Below are positions 1 to 8,805 of a stretch of 64,000 bases of DNA, in pieces; positions within the stretch are counted from its first letter, which is position 1; each line of letters starts with the position of its first letter. The position numbers were made by a program, and so were the translations under genes. The notes below the pieces were generated by a model. It was not told the origin of the DNA. It saw only the letters and a program-made list of their open reading frames with translations, and ran no database searches. The DNA is taken from positions 1-64,000 of the IMG/VR virus record IMGVR_UViG_3300036546_000172. One strand, given 5' to 3'. This stretch comes from a virus (taxonomy: Duplodnaviria > Caudoviricetes).

Positions 1-170
1 TGTCATACACGATTTCAAATGCATCATGGGCTGTACTTGAAGCCAAATGATCATCAAGATTTTGGTCAACTTCATCCAATGCTGCTTGAGAATTAGTTGC
101 AGTCAAACCCGATGTTGTATTGTCATAAACAATCTCAAATGCATCATGGGCAGTGGTTGAAGCCAAGTGA
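1..170. repeat. 120-bp-period coding repeat (HLASxTAHDAFEIVYD, 40-aa period)
   Basis: 1-50 and 121-170 are near-identical. Confidence 0.85.
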
Positions 171-310
171 GCTTGATGATTATCTTCATTCTGTTTGGCA
201 TCATCAATCACATTTCTCAATTCTTCTATATTGAGATCATGTTCTTCGATTGTGATTGGCCGGCCTTTTGACTGCCTATCGGTCACATTTGTTTTATTGG
301 ATATTGTCAT
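1..310 (-). CDS. Tail appendage/fiber protein, N-terminal part (runs off the left edge; not in the ORF track)
   Basis: ATG at 310 overlaps the upstream stop; open frame MTISNKTNVTDRQSKGRPITIEEHDLNIEELRNVIDD...HLASTTAHDAFEIVYD...HLASSTAHDAFEIVYD. Confidence 0.8.
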   Translation of the reverse strand, partial: MTISNKTNVTDRQSKGRPITIEEHDLNIEELRNVIDDAKQNEDNHQAHLASTTAHDAFEIVYDNTTSGLTATNSQAALDEVDQNLDDHLASSTAHDAFEIVYD

Positions 311-912
311 GCTTTCCCTCTAAACTCTAGGTCAGTGAATGTGAATGGGCCAAGTGCGGTTGTCACCAGTTCAATGGTGTAGTACTCCGCTTTATCGAGA
401 CCAGAGCTAGTAATACTAATAAAAAGTTGTGTTTGAGAATTTGAAACTGGTGCCGCTGTCGGTGATTCTACGAATGATCGTGATGTTCCATTCACAGTAA
501 AATCAGGATCAGTCGAACCCACAACTTGTGTTCCAGTCTCATCATAGCCCTTTACAATCACTCTCAGGCCACCATTAGTCACACCTTTTGCATCAACAAT
601 ACCAATATAGTCTTTTTTGTCTGCCCTAATTAAACCACTTTGATATATGGTGGTAGACACAGGCACAACCAATTGATTTCCTGAAATGGTAAAGACATCA
701 TTCACACCATGTTTAAAATACAATTGTTGTTCAAAAAGAGGTTTGGACATCCTAAAATGTATGTCATTGGTGTAGAATTGAACAAATTGATTATATTCAT
801 CAATGACATGTTTTAGCTCAAGAAAGCTCTTATCGAGTTCTTCATACGTTATTGGCCTGTCAACTCCACCATTAACAGGAAGTCTTAGTGTGACATTATT
901 TGAATCAGCCAT
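307..912 (-). CDS. Virion appendage protein with N-terminal VTLR..RPITxEELD anchor motif
   Basis: 201-aa ORF after a late promoter; N-terminus shared with 1..310 and 39532..41664. Confidence 0.7.
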   Translation of the reverse strand: MADSNNVTLRLPVNGGVDRPITYEELDKSFLELKHVIDEYNQFVQFYTNDIHFRMSKPLFEQQLYFKHGVNDVFTISGNQLVVPVSTTIYQSGLIRADKKDYIGIVDAKGVTNGGLRVIVKGYDETGTQVVGSTDPDFTVNGTSRSFVESPTAAPVSNSQTQLFISITSSGLDKAEYYTIELVTTALGPFTFTDLEFRGKA

Positions 913-931
913 TTGACATCTCTAAGTTTGT

Positions 932-951
932 TGATATAGTTCTATTTATTA
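932..951 (-). promoter_or_regulatory. Late promoter (AATAAATA) in a 20-nt block duplicated at 4085-4104
   Basis: tgatatagttctatttatta at both sites, each upstream of a minus-strand structural gene. Confidence 0.7.
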
Positions 952-1062
952 TGGTTTTAAAAGATTTTGTAGAAATGTTTTGGTGTGGCTTGTTTTGTAT
1001 CTATTACAAACACTTGAATGCAAATTTTAAGTGTTTGCTGCTGGTGCTGTGATAATCGAAAA

Positions 1063-1130
1063 CACCCAGTGGTAGCCTATACCCGACTATCCGCGCTCAA
1101 GATGCCATCGGCTGAGTGAATGATTATCTC
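1063..1130 (-). pseudogene. Decayed N-acetylmuramoyl-L-alanine amidase (Amidase_2, T7-lysozyme type) fragment
   Basis: Reads EIIIHSA, then after a frame change RWHLERG*SGIGYHWV (TAG at 1087-1089 where W is expected). Confidence 0.75.
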
Positions 1131-1133
1131 ATG

Positions 1134-1244
1134 ACAATCTCCCGAGTGCACCGTAGTTGCTACCTCGGGAGATTGTATTTTATGGATTCCATTTTGTGGA
1201 GTTGCATCACGCACCTATCTCACGTGAGACACGGCCACAAAATG
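1134..1244. repeat. Two adjacent inverted repeats downstream of tailspike 1
   Basis: acaatctcccgag 1134-1146 / ctcgggagattgt 1164-1176; cattttgtgg 1190-1199 / ccacaaaatg 1235-1244. Confidence 0.8.
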
Positions 1245-1257
1245 TCCCCCATTGCCA

Positions 1258-3471
1258 TCAATATACGGGCTTCGTGACTTTTATCCTGAACTCTGCGCCG
1301 GTATATGATATTGAGGTTGACGTAGGGTTGTATAGTGAAATTATTACGATGTTCGGCTCCCTAACGTAAGCGGAAGAAACTGCCCCGAGCAAATCAACCC
1401 CAACGGAAAACTCAACTCTATCCCCGACAGATGCCCCTGGGATCGTGAACCCCAAGATAGAACTAGCCCCGGCGGCCACACCTATATTTTTAAGCTGGAC
1501 ATCAGACCCGTCCACGGATGAATCTATGGTAACGCCGTCTCCATAGTTACTTCCGCGCCAAACCCCATATGCGCCGGTCGAGGAAGTTACATTCAGGCCC
1601 GATACGGAAGAAAGATTTGTAAACCTGTTGTCAGAAACTTCTACTACTCCAGTGCCGCCTATAAGAAGCAGGCGCTTGTCTACGGAGCTAGCAGGCTCGC
1701 TTGCAGACGCAGGCACAACAATGTCGTTATCTCTGAACAGAATTTCGCCGTCTGATGCCAGTACGTTTTCGTTTATAGCCCCTAAAACAAAGTCGTTGTT
1801 TGTGATCACTTGGCGATTGGGGCCAGGTGCTCGGAGGTAGAAAAGCCCTCCCGTATACTCTCCCCAAGCGTCAAAGTTGTTGTCCTTTATTCGGAAATTG
1901 CATTCACTCGTACTCAAGGAGTCTATAAATGCGTACCCTGTGCTTCCACCAAAAAAGTTTCCAACAACATCAACGTCAACATATCCGTTAAAGTAGAGAT
2001 GATATTCGTTGCCTAGGAAGTTGCACCCAGATATAAGTATCTCACTGCTATCGTGGAGAGTAATGCCAGATCGGTTGTTAAAGAAAGACGCCCCGATCAC
2101 ACGGCCATTTTTTTGCTTGACTGGATTGTTAGGCTCAAAGTCGATTCCGCCCTCGGGCGCAGTCCCAGAGGTATTTGAGTATGTGCCACCCACAACCAAA
2201 AAATCGTCACAGCCAACAACGCTGACACCTTGCCTGCGGTTGTCGTCGAAAATACAGTTGTATAAGGATACGCGCTTTGATTTTGTCAGCGGGTCACTCG
2301 GTCCTTTAGTGCCTATATACAGTCCGTCTCCCCATGCCTCTCTCGCAACTACGTCCCTTAATGTTATATCCTTCGAGTTTCGCACGAATATACAAAAGCC
2401 GACCTCACCATCTGTTCCCATATGCTCGTACCTCTCCCCGACAAATTCGCCGCCATTTATGACGATATTGCTCTCGTCAATAATACGAACCATTGAATAG
2501 ATACCTGAGGTTGTTGCTTTTGCCTTGAATCGCGCCCCACTAGCAATATCCCATCGAGTGTTACTTCTTAGCTTAATCCCGCCGTATTCGCCGGGGCCAT
2601 TAGTAGCAGGGTCTTCGCCGTTAAGCTTTGTGTCTATCAAGTATACTCCCGGCGGCGTATACAGGTGCCCAGAAAGGGACGACGCCATTAAGGCAGCACC
2701 ATTAAAAGCCACCGTGTCGTCTGTTACCCCGTCACCTACAGCCCCAAACCAGCTCGAATTGATAGCTCCGCGAAACAACCTGACCCATGCCCCGCTCGCC
2801 CCTGTCTGGTCAGACGCCGGTGCCACGTAGATCCCTGACTGTGTATCTTGAGCAACTTGAGTTGATAAATCCGAAGCGTCCCACCGAAACTCACCATCGC
2901 CCTTATCTCCTGCTGTTGTGCGACATGCCATGTACGCAACATCACCACCAAAGCGCCCCGCCACGGATTTCAGTGCCTGTAAATTGCTAACCCTGCGGAT
3001 ACCTTGCCCAAGCTCTTGCCTAAGCACACCGTCACCAACATCCACAAACGCGCCACCCTCCGGCATGCCCGCCCCGGTGGTCGTATATGGCAACTCAGTG
3101 GAGCCAGACACTCTCCAGAACTCCCCAGATGTGTCTCGCACAACTTGGTTATACTGAGTGATCTCAATACCGGCAGCGTAGTCGCCTACGAACTGGTAGC
3201 CCGCACTTACAAGGTAGGCATTAAAGACGCCTTCGCGGTCGTCTTGTGCGGCTTGGAATGCGACAGCGCGATAGGATTGATCAGCATTAAACTCTACTTC
3301 TTGTTGTTCAGCTTGTTTTTCAATACTTGCCCAACTGCGTCTTGGATTTCCCAATCTATCATCATACGTATCTTGTTCACCAATAGACAGGTGATCAAAA
3401 TTCTCAGCATTGTCTTTCAAGTCTCTTGGATCAGTTGATCCAATTGGATTGCCTGTGTTATAAGTAGTCAT
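1258..3471 (-). CDS. Tailspike/depolymerase with right-handed beta-helix (pectate-lyase-like)
   Basis: N-terminus MTTYNTGNPIGSTDPRDL typical of prophage tailspikes; FGAVGDGVTDDT, GDGLYIG, NRRQGVSV and GIDFEPN beta-helix motifs. Confidence 0.9.
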   Translation of the reverse strand: MTTYNTGNPIGSTDPRDLKDNAENFDHLSIGEQDTYDDRLGNPRRSWASIEKQAEQQEVEFNADQSYRAVAFQAAQDDREGVFNAYLVSAGYQFVGDYAAGIEITQYNQVVRDTSGEFWRVSGSTELPYTTTGAGMPEGGAFVDVGDGVLRQELGQGIRRVSNLQALKSVAGRFGGDVAYMACRTTAGDKGDGEFRWDASDLSTQVAQDTQSGIYVAPASDQTGASGAWVRLFRGAINSSWFGAVGDGVTDDTVAFNGAALMASSLSGHLYTPPGVYLIDTKLNGEDPATNGPGEYGGIKLRSNTRWDIASGARFKAKATTSGIYSMVRIIDESNIVINGGEFVGERYEHMGTDGEVGFCIFVRNSKDITLRDVVAREAWGDGLYIGTKGPSDPLTKSKRVSLYNCIFDDNRRQGVSVVGCDDFLVVGGTYSNTSGTAPEGGIDFEPNNPVKQKNGRVIGASFFNNRSGITLHDSSEILISGCNFLGNEYHLYFNGYVDVDVVGNFFGGSTGYAFIDSLSTSECNFRIKDNNFDAWGEYTGGLFYLRAPGPNRQVITNNDFVLGAINENVLASDGEILFRDNDIVVPASASEPASSVDKRLLLIGGTGVVEVSDNRFTNLSSVSGLNVTSSTGAYGVWRGSNYGDGVTIDSSVDGSDVQLKNIGVAAGASSILGFTIPGASVGDRVEFSVGVDLLGAVSSAYVREPNIVIISLYNPTSTSISYTGAEFRIKVTKPVY

Positions 3472-3480
3472 AGTTTCCTC

Positions 3481-3681
3481 TTAAACATTCTCTTTCGGCC
3501 AGAAGCCGTTGATTGTTACATCGAATATACTCGGGTAATCTGTAATTCTTAGATAGTAATTAGGCCACGTTTCATTCATGGTTATGTCAAACAAAGCCAT
3601 GTACTCATTGAACTCTGTGTATTCATTATCATAAATGACAAATTGTTGTTTGGTTTCTAATCCAAGTCCTAAACCTAACAT
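3481..3681 (-). CDS. Small virion-associated protein (MLGLGLGL start; FDxTxNxxWP twice)
   Basis: 66-aa ORF filling the gap in the tail operon. Confidence 0.6.
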   Translation of the reverse strand: MLGLGLGLETKQQFVIYDNEYTEFNEYMALFDITMNETWPNYYLRITDYPSIFDVTINGFWPKENV

Positions 3682-3691
3682 TATTTATTCC

Positions 3692-4063
3692 TTAGTATGA
3701 AACAACTGCCCATGTTCTTTGATCATTTACAGTTATGATTTTGTCTGAATCGGTATAGATTTCATAAAGCGGGAGAAAACTTGACGTAACTTCATCACTA
3801 GCTTCAAAATACACAAGTTCAGAAGTATCAACGTTTACGCCAACAATGACATGTGAACTATACGGCAATGTGATTGTTTGTTCCAAGATCGTGTTGACTC
3901 TAGTACCGGCTCGAATGAGTCCCTTGGTGATCGTAACGGTTGTATCAGTAAATTCATCATCTTTGATACCCAGCATATCACCAACCTCAAGAATCTTGTT
4001 GATTTTATCAACCCATTCTTGTAGACTGTCTGTGATTTTTAATTTTTCTAGTTGCTGTGCCAT
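3692..4063 (-). CDS. Putative tailspike adaptor/attachment protein
   Basis: TDSLQEWVDKIN N-terminus; C-terminal PLYEIYT...I..VNDQR; late promoter upstream. Confidence 0.55.
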   Translation of the reverse strand: MAQQLEKLKITDSLQEWVDKINKILEVGDMLGIKDDEFTDTTVTITKGLIRAGTRVNTILEQTITLPYSSHVIVGVNVDTSELVYFEASDEVTSSFLPLYEIYTDSDKIITVNDQRTWAVVSY

Positions 4064-4120
4064 GTTTACACCGTGATTAGATTATGATATAGTTCTATTT
4101 ATTAAACAAATTAGAGAAGG

Positions 4121-5464
4121 GTGAATAATATGCTAGATCTTCTAAACAAGATCTCATCAACAACCAAACGAACAGAAAAAGAGCAAATTCTCTCATCTCT
4201 TGATGAGCAAGAAGCTACATTGTTTAAACGACTGGCATATTTGACATATGATCCATCTGTTGACTATTACCTCAAAGAGTTTAACACTAAAACTGAACAT
4301 CTAGACTGTGTAACTCTTACATCAGCTCTCTATGACCTAGAACAGATCATTGCCTCTCGTGTCTTTACAGGCAACATGGCAAGGCAGTGGGTTGAGCAGC
4401 AGTATGAGATGCTGTCTAAAGATGACGCTGAGGTCTTCAAACGCGTGATCAAGCGTGACCTTCGGATCGGTATGAATTCCAAATCGATTAACAAAGTGTT
4501 TCCATGTACAATCTATGAGCATCCTTACATGAGGTGTTCAGGGTTCAGTGAAAAGTCCCTCAAGAACATCCAATTTCCTTGTGTGTCTCAAACTAAGATG
4601 GATGGACTTTACTGTGACATCATTGTGCGCGATGATGAGTATTCCTATCGTTCACGCAATGGATCGTTTTTATCCCTGGATGGTGATTGGAATGAACGTC
4701 TGATTGAGCACGCAACTGGTTATGTGCTCATGGGTGAGGTGCTGGCAGTTGACGAAGAAGGGATCATCATGGACCGCGCCTCATCTAATGGATATCTCAA
4801 TGGCAATGACGTGGAACAGTCACGGGTTCGATTCTTCATCTGGGATTGCGTTCCGGTTGATATGTTTGACGGTGAATTGTGCAAGATTCCGTACATTGAG
4901 CGATTCCACACGGCCATAGATATTGTGAAGAAGATTGGTCACCCGTTTGCTGTGGTAGATGCTGTTATGTGTAACGATCAACGAGATATCATTGATCATT
5001 TCCGTAAGAATAGACTCGATGGTCAAGAAGGCACCATTATTAAGGATCAGAATGGTGTGTGGAAGCCAGGCACATCTAAGACTCAGATCAAATGCAAAGT
5101 TGTGTTTGAGTGTGAGATGCGTCTGATAGGATATAAAGAAGGTACGGGTAAGAATGAAGGTCGATTAGGTGCATTGGAGTTTGAAAGTGATGAAGGCAAC
5201 ATACAGGTCAGTGTTGGCACAGGATACAAGGATAAAGACCGTGATAGCTGGTGGAGTCAACTAGACCAGTGGATTAAAGACGGCAAAGTAGGTACTATTC
5301 GAGCTAACGATGTGACCTATCCTGAAGATCAGTCTAAGATGTCACTGTTTCTTCCGCGCTTTGTTGAGTGGAGAACAGACAAAGACACTCCTGATACTCA
5401 GTCTAAAATCATAGAGCAGGTTACATCATTCACAGACGCGTTAAAAATGATAGGTGAATCATGA
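4121..5464 (+). CDS. gp30: ATP-dependent DNA ligase
   Basis: KMDG motif I, EGTIIK, GALEF, VGTG, SLFLPRF. Confidence 0.95.
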   Translation: MNNMLDLLNKISSTTKRTEKEQILSSLDEQEATLFKRLAYLTYDPSVDYYLKEFNTKTEHLDCVTLTSALYDLEQIIASRVFTGNMARQWVEQQYEMLSKDDAEVFKRVIKRDLRIGMNSKSINKVFPCTIYEHPYMRCSGFSEKSLKNIQFPCVSQTKMDGLYCDIIVRDDEYSYRSRNGSFLSLDGDWNERLIEHATGYVLMGEVLAVDEEGIIMDRASSNGYLNGNDVEQSRVRFFIWDCVPVDMFDGELCKIPYIERFHTAIDIVKKIGHPFAVVDAVMCNDQRDIIDHFRKNRLDGQEGTIIKDQNGVWKPGTSKTQIKCKVVFECEMRLIGYKEGTGKNEGRLGALEFESDEGNIQVSVGTGYKDKDRDSWWSQLDQWIKDGKVGTIRANDVTYPEDQSKMSLFLPRFVEWRTDKDTPDTQSKIIEQVTSFTDALKMIGES

Positions 5465-5796
5465 TCGTATACATCGAGAATCCTGTCCCACAGACTATGT
5501 CTAATCTGATTGTAAATGATCCTGAAGATCACGTATTATCAGAATATGAGCCACCGTTCGATCAGACTAAGAGCATCGATGAGGTGTTATCTATCATGAA
5601 TCATATGATAGATTCACAATTGTTCTTAATGAATGAGCGCGGCATGGTCTTCAATACATCCAAGATCAAAGATGCTGTTATCAATTTGAAAGAGTCGTAT
5701 GATGAGTATGGGGCGATTGACTATTTCAGCACTCGTTTACTCACCAGACAGCACAATCTGAGACAAACCGTTATATCACACCTAACAGGAGTATAG
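5461..5796 (+). CDS. Hypothetical protein
   Basis: ATGA overlap with ligase; 111 aa. Confidence 0.7.
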   Translation: MIVYIENPVPQTMSNLIVNDPEDHVLSEYEPPFDQTKSIDEVLSIMNHMIDSQLFLMNERGMVFNTSKIKDAVINLKESYDEYGAIDYFSTRLLTRQHNLRQTVISHLTGV

Positions 5797-5802
5797 AAAG
5801 AC

Positions 5803-6672
5803 GTGGCAGATGTTGATGCTCAATTAAAAATGTTATATCAGGACATCATGGATAACGGTGTTCCTAGAAATACACGCACCGGTACGGTTCTGTCTGTATG
5901 GGATCGTAAGCTTACATTCGACCTAACCCGGGGGTTTCCGGCAGTCACGTCAAAGACTCTGGCCTGGTCATCGGTTGTTGGTGAACTGTTATGGTTCTTA
6001 AGCGGTAGTTATTGGCTATCAGAACTTAAGCACTTCACCTTCGGTGACTCCGAAGCAGACAAATGGACCATATGGACTGATGATACCAAACGGTGGAATT
6101 CAGACGACTTCGTGGGTCATTTATACGGTCATCAATGGAGAAGCTTCGGCGGTTCGTTTAGTGGTGAAAAAGGAGCGGATCAGATCCAGAATCTGATTGA
6201 TCGCATCATTGAAGATCCTCACCGGCGTGATCATATTGTCATGGCCTGGAATCCGTTGGACATTGAGAATAACGACATGGCGTTAAAACCATGTCACCTA
6301 GGGTTTCAATGCTATGTTGAACACGGACATCTCAATCTGAAATGGAGTCAACGGTCGGTAGATTCGTTCCTGGGCTTGCCGTTCAACATCGCATCATACG
6401 CCCTTCTCACTCATTTGATTGCACACTGGTGTAACCTGAAGCCCGGAACCCTTTCGTGTGATCTCGGTGACACTCACTTATATGAAAATCATATGGATGC
6501 TGTAGATCAGTACATGGCGGCTCCCAGCTTCAATGGATGCACACTCGAACTTCCATTGATGACAGAGACACTAGAAGATACATTAACACTGACTGCATTG
6601 AGCTTCAAGAACAGCTTGAAGAACTATCAAAGTGCCGGTGCCATTAAAGCACCATTGAGTGTAGGACAATGA
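5803..6672 (+). CDS. td: Thymidylate synthase (intronless)
   Basis: ELLWFL, YGHQWR, MALKPCH, QRSVDSFLGLPFNIASY, DTHLYENH. Confidence 0.97.
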   Translation: MADVDAQLKMLYQDIMDNGVPRNTRTGTVLSVWDRKLTFDLTRGFPAVTSKTLAWSSVVGELLWFLSGSYWLSELKHFTFGDSEADKWTIWTDDTKRWNSDDFVGHLYGHQWRSFGGSFSGEKGADQIQNLIDRIIEDPHRRDHIVMAWNPLDIENNDMALKPCHLGFQCYVEHGHLNLKWSQRSVDSFLGLPFNIASYALLTHLIAHWCNLKPGTLSCDLGDTHLYENHMDAVDQYMAAPSFNGCTLELPLMTETLEDTLTLTALSFKNSLKNYQSAGAIKAPLSVGQ

Positions 6673-6893
6673 GTCAGAGCAGAAGACAATCGCTATTCGA
6701 GCAACTGATCAATCAGATCGGTGGTTTCGTACTGGCGATGATTGTGTGGGAATGGGTCATTTCACCGTCTTGGGGGTTCAATACATCGTACGTGGACAAT
6801 CTGGGTATCACTCTGATCTATACCACGATGTCTATTATAAGGGGTTATCTGGTTAGACGTTTGTTCAACTGGTATACTCATAGAAACGTCTGA
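6669..6893 (+). CDS. Small two-TM membrane protein
   Basis: QSRRQSLFE...SIIRGYLVRRLFN; two hydrophobic segments. Confidence 0.75.
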   Translation: MSQSRRQSLFEQLINQIGGFVLAMIVWEWVISPSWGFNTSYVDNLGITLIYTTMSIIRGYLVRRLFNWYTHRNV

Positions 6894-6968
6894 GCTCAAG
6901 GAGACGCTTAGTTTGAGAGAGGTGTGTTACGATACACCTCTCTCTTTTTATCTGCATCTCCTTGAGCT
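6893..6968. terminator. Rho-independent terminator nested in an outer inverted repeat between convergent genes
   Basis: gagagaggtgt 6915-6925 / acacctctctc 6934-6944 + T5; outer agctcaaggaga 6893-6904 / tctccttgagct 6957-6968. Confidence 0.8.
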
Positions 6969-6976
6969 GACACAGT

Positions 6977-8131
6977 CTACCATCCTAATCTGTATTGTCC
7001 GTTGGTTAATCCAGGATCGTCTTGTGGTACAATACGTCGTGTATTAGATGTGATATCAGTGACTCGAACCTTTTTCGGTAAAGCTCTACCACGTGTCCAG
7101 CCATCAGCTAAGTATAGGTCTAGCTCAGCTTTAAGTACTCTCTTGTTTACTGAGCATCGACTAACCCAAACAGTATTGGAAAAGTGTTTGGATTTTTTCT
7201 GTTTGGTTGTAGTGGATTGGGTTGTACCTAACCGAGCCTGTCTATTCCGTTCATTCTGTTCTGCAGTTCTCTTCTTACCTTTGTTCGATTTTGAGATCTT
7301 ATCTCTAGTCTCTTGTGACATGTTTTGGTTAGCTAGTCTTATTTTCTCTCGATGAGACTCAGACTTAGGTCTACCTTTAGTTGTCTTTGATATCTTGTCT
7401 TTTGTTTCTTGAGATAATCTATTATCAGTGAACTGTTTAGTTCTTCTGTTGGATTCAGATATTCGATTTCGAGTTTCCTCAGAGACTACCCTACCTACAT
7501 TAATAGGTGTTAACTGGCCGGAGGTGTACCTAGTATCGTCTCTATCTACTATATGTACCTTACCAGTACTATCCTTTACTACAACGGTGTTTTTCTTTCG
7601 ATCAGACATCATTCGTTTAAAGCTTTCTGGCATACATCCGCCCTTTCGTATGCCATATAGTTCACCTTGCAAAAAGCGAGGATCGTCATTACGTATAAAG
7701 TACAATCTACCCTCATCGTCTTTAGCAGTGAACATGTTGAACTGACCGCCGTTGAACCCAATATAGGGGTGCGCACGATTGTAGTAATTATCAGAGTGTA
7801 CTGCATTCGCGTCGCGTATCATCTCACACTCCAGGATGATAGCATCATGGTTACTAGCACATTTAATTATCTGTAGTACTTCATAATCATCTGACTTATC
7901 CCATTTTATGATTTTTGAGCTTGTTTTGTAAGATGATCCAATGTCAGAGTGCATGCAGCCTTTAGCGTACCTAGCTCCAATATACTTAATTCCTGTTTTG
8001 CTCTCACGTATAACATAAACAAATGGCTCGTAAGTGCCATCTGATCGCCACAATCGAGGTGAAGTAAACCGGATGCTATATGCTTCATAGTCTGACGCTA
8101 CGTAGATAGTACTAGATATTATATCTTCCAT
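6977..8131 (-). mobile_element. Free-standing GIY-YIG homing endonuclease with NUMOD3-like repeats (Seg-like); likely start MEDIIS
   Basis: FVYVI...KYIG motif; repeated SxETxxKIS; AGGAG upstream of ATG 8131. Confidence 0.85.
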
Positions 8132-8757
8132 GCTTTTGTCTTGTCTCCTTTTATCCTTGCAACAGGCAGAAAGATAGCAAGCTCCCATGCTTTAGGTGGT
8201 ACTTTGATGAACTTACTTCTGAAGTGATCTACTCTGTATATGCGCACACAGTGTTCAAAATGTTTCGATTTAGATAAACCTTGTAGAATTTGCCAATTAA
8301 TCTTCAACCGCGTTGACGCTCTATATCGCTTTTCTGTTCGAACTTTTAATAGAGCTTGTACTGCAAGAAACCTCAACTTAGGTGGAAGAAAATGTAGATT
8401 GATAGATATCAAGTACCTATGTCCGTTCTGCTCCCATGTGTCCCATGGCAGTAGTATAGGAAACTCATCATAATATGGCAACTTATCTTTGTGTATAGGG
8501 TCATACACAGCGAAGTACATTGAACCTGGACGTATGCGATCTTCCCACAGATCGTTATCCCTGAACAGCTGCGCGGTCCTCACTCGGTTAAATGAACGCG
8601 GCACGTATTGAGAAAACCACTTCAGTGATCGTGCAGTGTTTCGCCTCTGAGCATTAGGATTATTCCTATAGAAGGCTTTCTCGATGTTCTGCAAGATCTG
8701 AAGATTGGTGCCGGTATTGTTTTCTATTTGACCGTCGTTTTCTAGTTTTTCAGTCAC
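8119..8757 (-). CDS. gp2: DNA end protector protein (likely GTG start at 8757)
   Basis: YDPIHKDKLPYYDEFP, INLHFLPP, WELAIFLP. Confidence 0.9.
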   Translation of the reverse strand: MTEKLENDGQIENNTGTNLQILQNIEKAFYRNNPNAQRRNTARSLKWFSQYVPRSFNRVRTAQLFRDNDLWEDRIRPGSMYFAVYDPIHKDKLPYYDEFPILLPWDTWEQNGHRYLISINLHFLPPKLRFLAVQALLKVRTEKRYRASTRLKINWQILQGLSKSKHFEHCVRIYRVDHFRSKFIKVPPKAWELAIFLPVARIKGDKTKAWKI

Positions 8758-8766
8758 TATTTCACC

Positions 8767-8774
8767 TATAAATA
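8767..8774 (+). promoter_or_regulatory. T4-type late promoter TATAAATA
   Basis: Exact consensus 31 nt upstream of the gp54-like gene. Confidence 0.85.
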
Positions 8775-8805
8775 CACGTGTACTTGTATATTTACTAGGA
8801 TCACC

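Noticed and set aside
1007-1244. Integron attC sites
   Set aside because: The inverted repeats lack RYYYAAC/GTTRRRY ends and there is no integrase
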